Positions 32,645-34,836 of a stretch of 34,836 nt of DNA are shown in pieces. The DNA comes from a virus, in IMG/VR virus record IMGVR_UViG_3300016665_000182, positions 1 through 34,836 of that record. One strand, 5' to 3'. Every line of letters begins with the position of its first letter. Position 1 is the first letter of the stretch. The notes under the pieces were generated by a model that saw only the letters and a list, made by a program, of their open reading frames with translations, was not told the origin of the DNA and searched no databases. The translations under genes were made by a program, and so were the position numbers.

Positions 32645-32727
32645 GTTATAAATTTTAAAGACCCATTCCGAAAGCGTCCTAACGGTGATACCTGTTAATT
32701 CAGGTCGGCATAAACCGGGTACATAAA

Positions 32728-33354
32728 TTATTTGATTTTAAACGCCGCGCCGATCTGATAGCTTTGGCTACCGTTGGGATTAAATAATACCGCGCCATTA
32801 AACAGAACCGGCCCCGCTGTTTTCCAATGTGCGGAAACGCCGATCGAATTGCCCGCCCGGTTGAACTGTGCCAGCGGCCCCCAATAGATTGCCCCACGTT
32901 CTACATGTTTTGTGCTTACCACCGTTGGCAGCTTCCAGGTCATTGATACATTACGGGCAATAATCCTGCCGCCTGTGGTATCTTTAATTAGCACGGTTCC
33001 CGATACCCCGGCTGTATCAAACTTAACACTATCGGAATAAACAAAAAACCGGCCGGGTAAAAGGTCGGTGTACAATGTATCGTAAAGGGTAACGGTGTCA
33101 ATTACATGCTCTGTTACAGTCTTTCCATCGCGGTAAACAGTTCGGTACTTAACACTTACGACCGTGTCCGGTTCCGGCCTAATCCAGCCCGTACTATCTG
33201 AAACAGTCAGGTAAACAGTATCGCGCTTAATTATTGTTCCGGATGGTTGATAAATTCCGATACCGTTGCACTTATTACACGTCACCAGCATCAATAATAC
33301 AAGTACCAAAAGAATACAGCCCACAAATGCAGGGCTATTGAATAGCTTCTTCAT
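32728..33354 (-). CDS. Lipoprotein-like/membrane-anchored beta-rich protein in the lysis cassette (spanin-like role?)
   Basis: The ATG at 33354 is preferred over the tracked TTG at 33369. N-terminus MKKLFNSPAFVGCILLVLVLLMLVTCNKC carries an atypical lipobox LVTC. Lies between the holin-like genes and the endolysin. Confidence 0.55.
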   Translation of the reverse strand: MKKLFNSPAFVGCILLVLVLLMLVTCNKCNGIGIYQPSGTIIKRDTVYLTVSDSTGWIRPEPDTVVSVKYRTVYRDGKTVTEHVIDTVTLYDTLYTDLLPGRFFVYSDSVKFDTAGVSGTVLIKDTTGGRIIARNVSMTWKLPTVVSTKHVERGAIYWGPLAQFNRAGNSIGVSAHWKTAGPVLFNGAVLFNPNGSQSYQIGAAFKIK

Positions 33355-33571
33355 GTTTGTTAATTTCAATTAGTTTTTTTAAATACTGTTTTGCCTTGTA
33401 AAGGTCGGTGATACCGTCTTTTTGTTTGTATCGCCAAAGATATTTTACAACGGCATACATGTAGGCCGCTTCGGCTCCCTGCAATGGCTCAACAATTGAT
33501 TCTATTACGTCAAAGCATTCCAGCTTCAACGGCCCCCGCGGGTCGTAATGGTTAGGCTTTACTTTGTCCAA
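33335..33571 (-). CDS. DUF3310-family protein
   Basis: KPNHYD...ECFDVIE...YMYAVVKYLWRYKQKDG..DLYKAKQYL matches the DUF3310 pattern. TTG start. Confidence 0.7.
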   Translation of the reverse strand: MDKVKPNHYDPRGPLKLECFDVIESIVEPLQGAEAAYMYAVVKYLWRYKQKDGITDLYKAKQYLKKLIEINKHEEAIQ

Positions 33572-33804
33572 TCCGGTTCACGTTTTAATTTTTCGCCCTG
33601 TGAGTTTTGTAAGAGTTGGCGTAAAAGCATACCGATCGCTGCAATTAGAGCCACATGTCCGGCCTGTTTCAGTTCTGCAAGCGTTGGCAGTTCCCCGCTT
33701 TCGATAGTCGCTAAAATAGCCGTTAAAAAGCCGCCTACTAAAGCAGCGGCAAACCCCTCTAACAAATCTCTGTAATTAAGGCGAAAAAATTTAGATCGCT
33801 TCAT
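33559..33804 (-). CDS. Holin-like membrane protein (2 TM)
   Basis: 81 aa with GFAAALVGGFLTAILATI and HVALIAAIGMLLRQLL and a charged C-terminus. Confidence 0.5.
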   Translation of the reverse strand: MKRSKFFRLNYRDLLEGFAAALVGGFLTAILATIESGELPTLAELKQAGHVALIAAIGMLLRQLLQNSQGEKLKREPDWTK

Positions 33805-34028
33805 TTTCTTTTTTTAAACTGTGAATAAATCCATTTACAAAATTGGGTTACAACAAACCCCACTACCGCTGATAATGCAGCAGTAATAAGGGCGGCAAGT
33901 AATCGACCATCAAAGTTTTCCCACGGGTTAGCCGGGTTCATCTGTAATAGATATTTAATTGATCCTCCTGCAAATGCAAAGCATGTGCCAACAATTGATG
34001 CATTAGGTGTGTGGTTATGCTCTGCCAT
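33801..34028 (-). CDS. Holin-like membrane protein (2 TM, basic C-terminus)
   Basis: 75 aa with IVGTCFAFAGGSI and LLAALITAALSAVVGFVVTQF, ending in KKRK. Confidence 0.5.
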   Translation of the reverse strand: MAEHNHTPNASIVGTCFAFAGGSIKYLLQMNPANPWENFDGRLLAALITAALSAVVGFVVTQFCKWIYSQFKKRK

Positions 34029-34029
34029 G

Positions 34030-34296
34030 TTACAACGGTTGAATAGTTACAGTAACCCCTGCAATTGTTAAGGCTCCGGATTCAATTTCAGTCAAAGCGT
34101 CTGAAAGATTAAAACCGGCATTGATTGCGGCATATCGGTGTGCTCGCCACTTTAAAAAAGATTTTGCCGCGTCTATTGTTTGTTCACTATGCAATACTTC
34201 GACCTGCCCGGCTTCATTAATGAATGAACCCAGCCCGAAAGCGTTATCAATGATAGCCCGATTATTGGGCGTTGTCGTGCAAATAATTGTATACAT
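34030..34296 (-). CDS. Hypothetical protein, 88 aa
   Basis: ORF with an ATG start, directly after the fibre-like gene. Confidence 0.5.
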   Translation of the reverse strand: MYTIICTTTPNNRAIIDNAFGLGSFINEAGQVEVLHSEQTIDAAKSFLKWRAHRYAAINAGFNLSDALTEIESGALTIAGVTVTIQPL

Positions 34297-34299
34297 AAG

Positions 34300-34836
34300 T
34301 TAGTTATTAGTGATTTCAAAGCTTACCGCCGTAATTGCTGCTGATGCAGTACTAGCGTTATTGGTTCCATTAATACTAATTAAGTCACCGGCAACTACAT
34401 CGATCGTGTCGGTAGTATTGCTGAATGTAGCCGCCCCCGCGCCGGCTGCAACTGTAATTGTAAATGATTGGTTTACTCCATTTTTTCGGACGGTAAACAC
34501 AAAGCTACCTGTACCCGGCTGTGCCGTATTCGTTCTTATGTATAAATTGCGAAATTTCCCGGCGCTAGTAACTACCGCTTGGCGTTGTGATTCCGTAGTA
34601 TTTCCTGAACTTACGCCGTTTATTGTGATAAATAAACTAGAGTTTGCCGATATAGTCGAAAAGTTGTTATTGGCGGAATAAACAGCAATTACCCGGCGTT
34701 CCTGATCGTAGCGGGGAACATTAATAACGCCCGTTGAATTATTGTAAGTTGATGCCCCGGTTGTGCCGGTGGTGGTCATAGATAGTGCCGATCTAGCCCC
34801 GGACGTTGTTACATAGTTTTGAGCAATCACACGGGA
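34300..34836 (-). CDS. Fibre-like protein, C-terminal part (continuation of the ORF that starts at 662)
   Basis: The frame is open to the right edge. The tracked start at 34830 is an internal GTG (Val180 of the full protein). Thr/Ser/Asn/Ala-rich and beta-rich sequence. Confidence 0.8.
   Translation of the reverse strand, partial: SRVIAQNYVTTSGARSALSMTTTGTTGASTYNNSTGVINVPRYDQERRVIAVYSANNNFSTISANSSLFITINGVSSGNTTESQRQAVVTSAGKFRNLYIRTNTAQPGTGSFVFTVRKNGVNQSFTITVAAGAGAATFSNTTDTIDVVAGDLISINGTNNASTASAAITAVSFEITNN
34706..34836. repeat. Terminal direct repeat, right copy; identical to 1-131
   Basis: Direct comparison. Confidence 0.95.

Noticed and set aside
32700-32897. A 65-aa minus-strand ORF overlapping the end of the lipoprotein-like gene.
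   Set aside because: It is an alternative frame of a longer, better-supported ORF, and its sequence is Arg-rich with an off-frame look.

Overview
The window is a complete tailed dsDNA phage genome. Bases 1-131 are identical to 34706-34836, so the unique sequence is 34,705 bp and closes into a circle or is circularly permuted. The overlap falls inside a gene, so it looks like an assembly overlap rather than a physical terminal repeat. Every credible gene is on the minus strand, tightly packed, with many ATGA/TTGA/GTGA stop-start overlaps. There are no obvious Shine-Dalgarno sequences. Together with TAnnTTTG-type promoter boxes and a Bacteroidota-style signal peptide, this suggests a Bacteroidota host (inference). 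In minus-strand transcription order the genome reads as follows. (1) An early/replication arm runs from about 31210 down to 16301. It holds ERF recombinase, an SNF2 helicase-methyltransferase fusion, a DUF4373 replisome-organizer-like protein, a T7 gp4-like primase-helicase and NinG. It also holds an AT-rich accessory cassette array and a regulator cluster with sigma-like, LuxR-HTH, triple-HTH and RNAP alpha-CTD-like proteins. (2) A packaging/morphogenesis arm runs from 16220 down to 1 and wraps to 34300. It holds TerS, TerL, tail/baseplate-like proteins, a tape-measure-like protein, XkdF-type protease, scaffold, HK97-like capsid, portal and a fibre-like protein. (3) A lysis cassette spans 34028-32165 (two holin-like proteins, DUF3310, a lipoprotein-like protein, an M15 peptidase), followed by a metallophosphoesterase. 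I found no integrase, repressor, tRNA, CRISPR array or reverse transcriptase. The items most worth follow-up are: a stand-alone RNAP alpha-CTD mimic beside a phage sigma-like factor; AT-rich gene cassettes separated by GC-richer spacers that share motifs; a candidate lambda-style origin (nine 12-bp iterons plus an AT-rich tract) inside the DUF4373 gene; UUCG-capped hairpins at a fixed 13-15 nt upstream of four start codons; and a duplicated small-gene module flanking an Ala/Asp-rich immunity-like protein. All family assignments come from motif recognition by eye, not from database searches.
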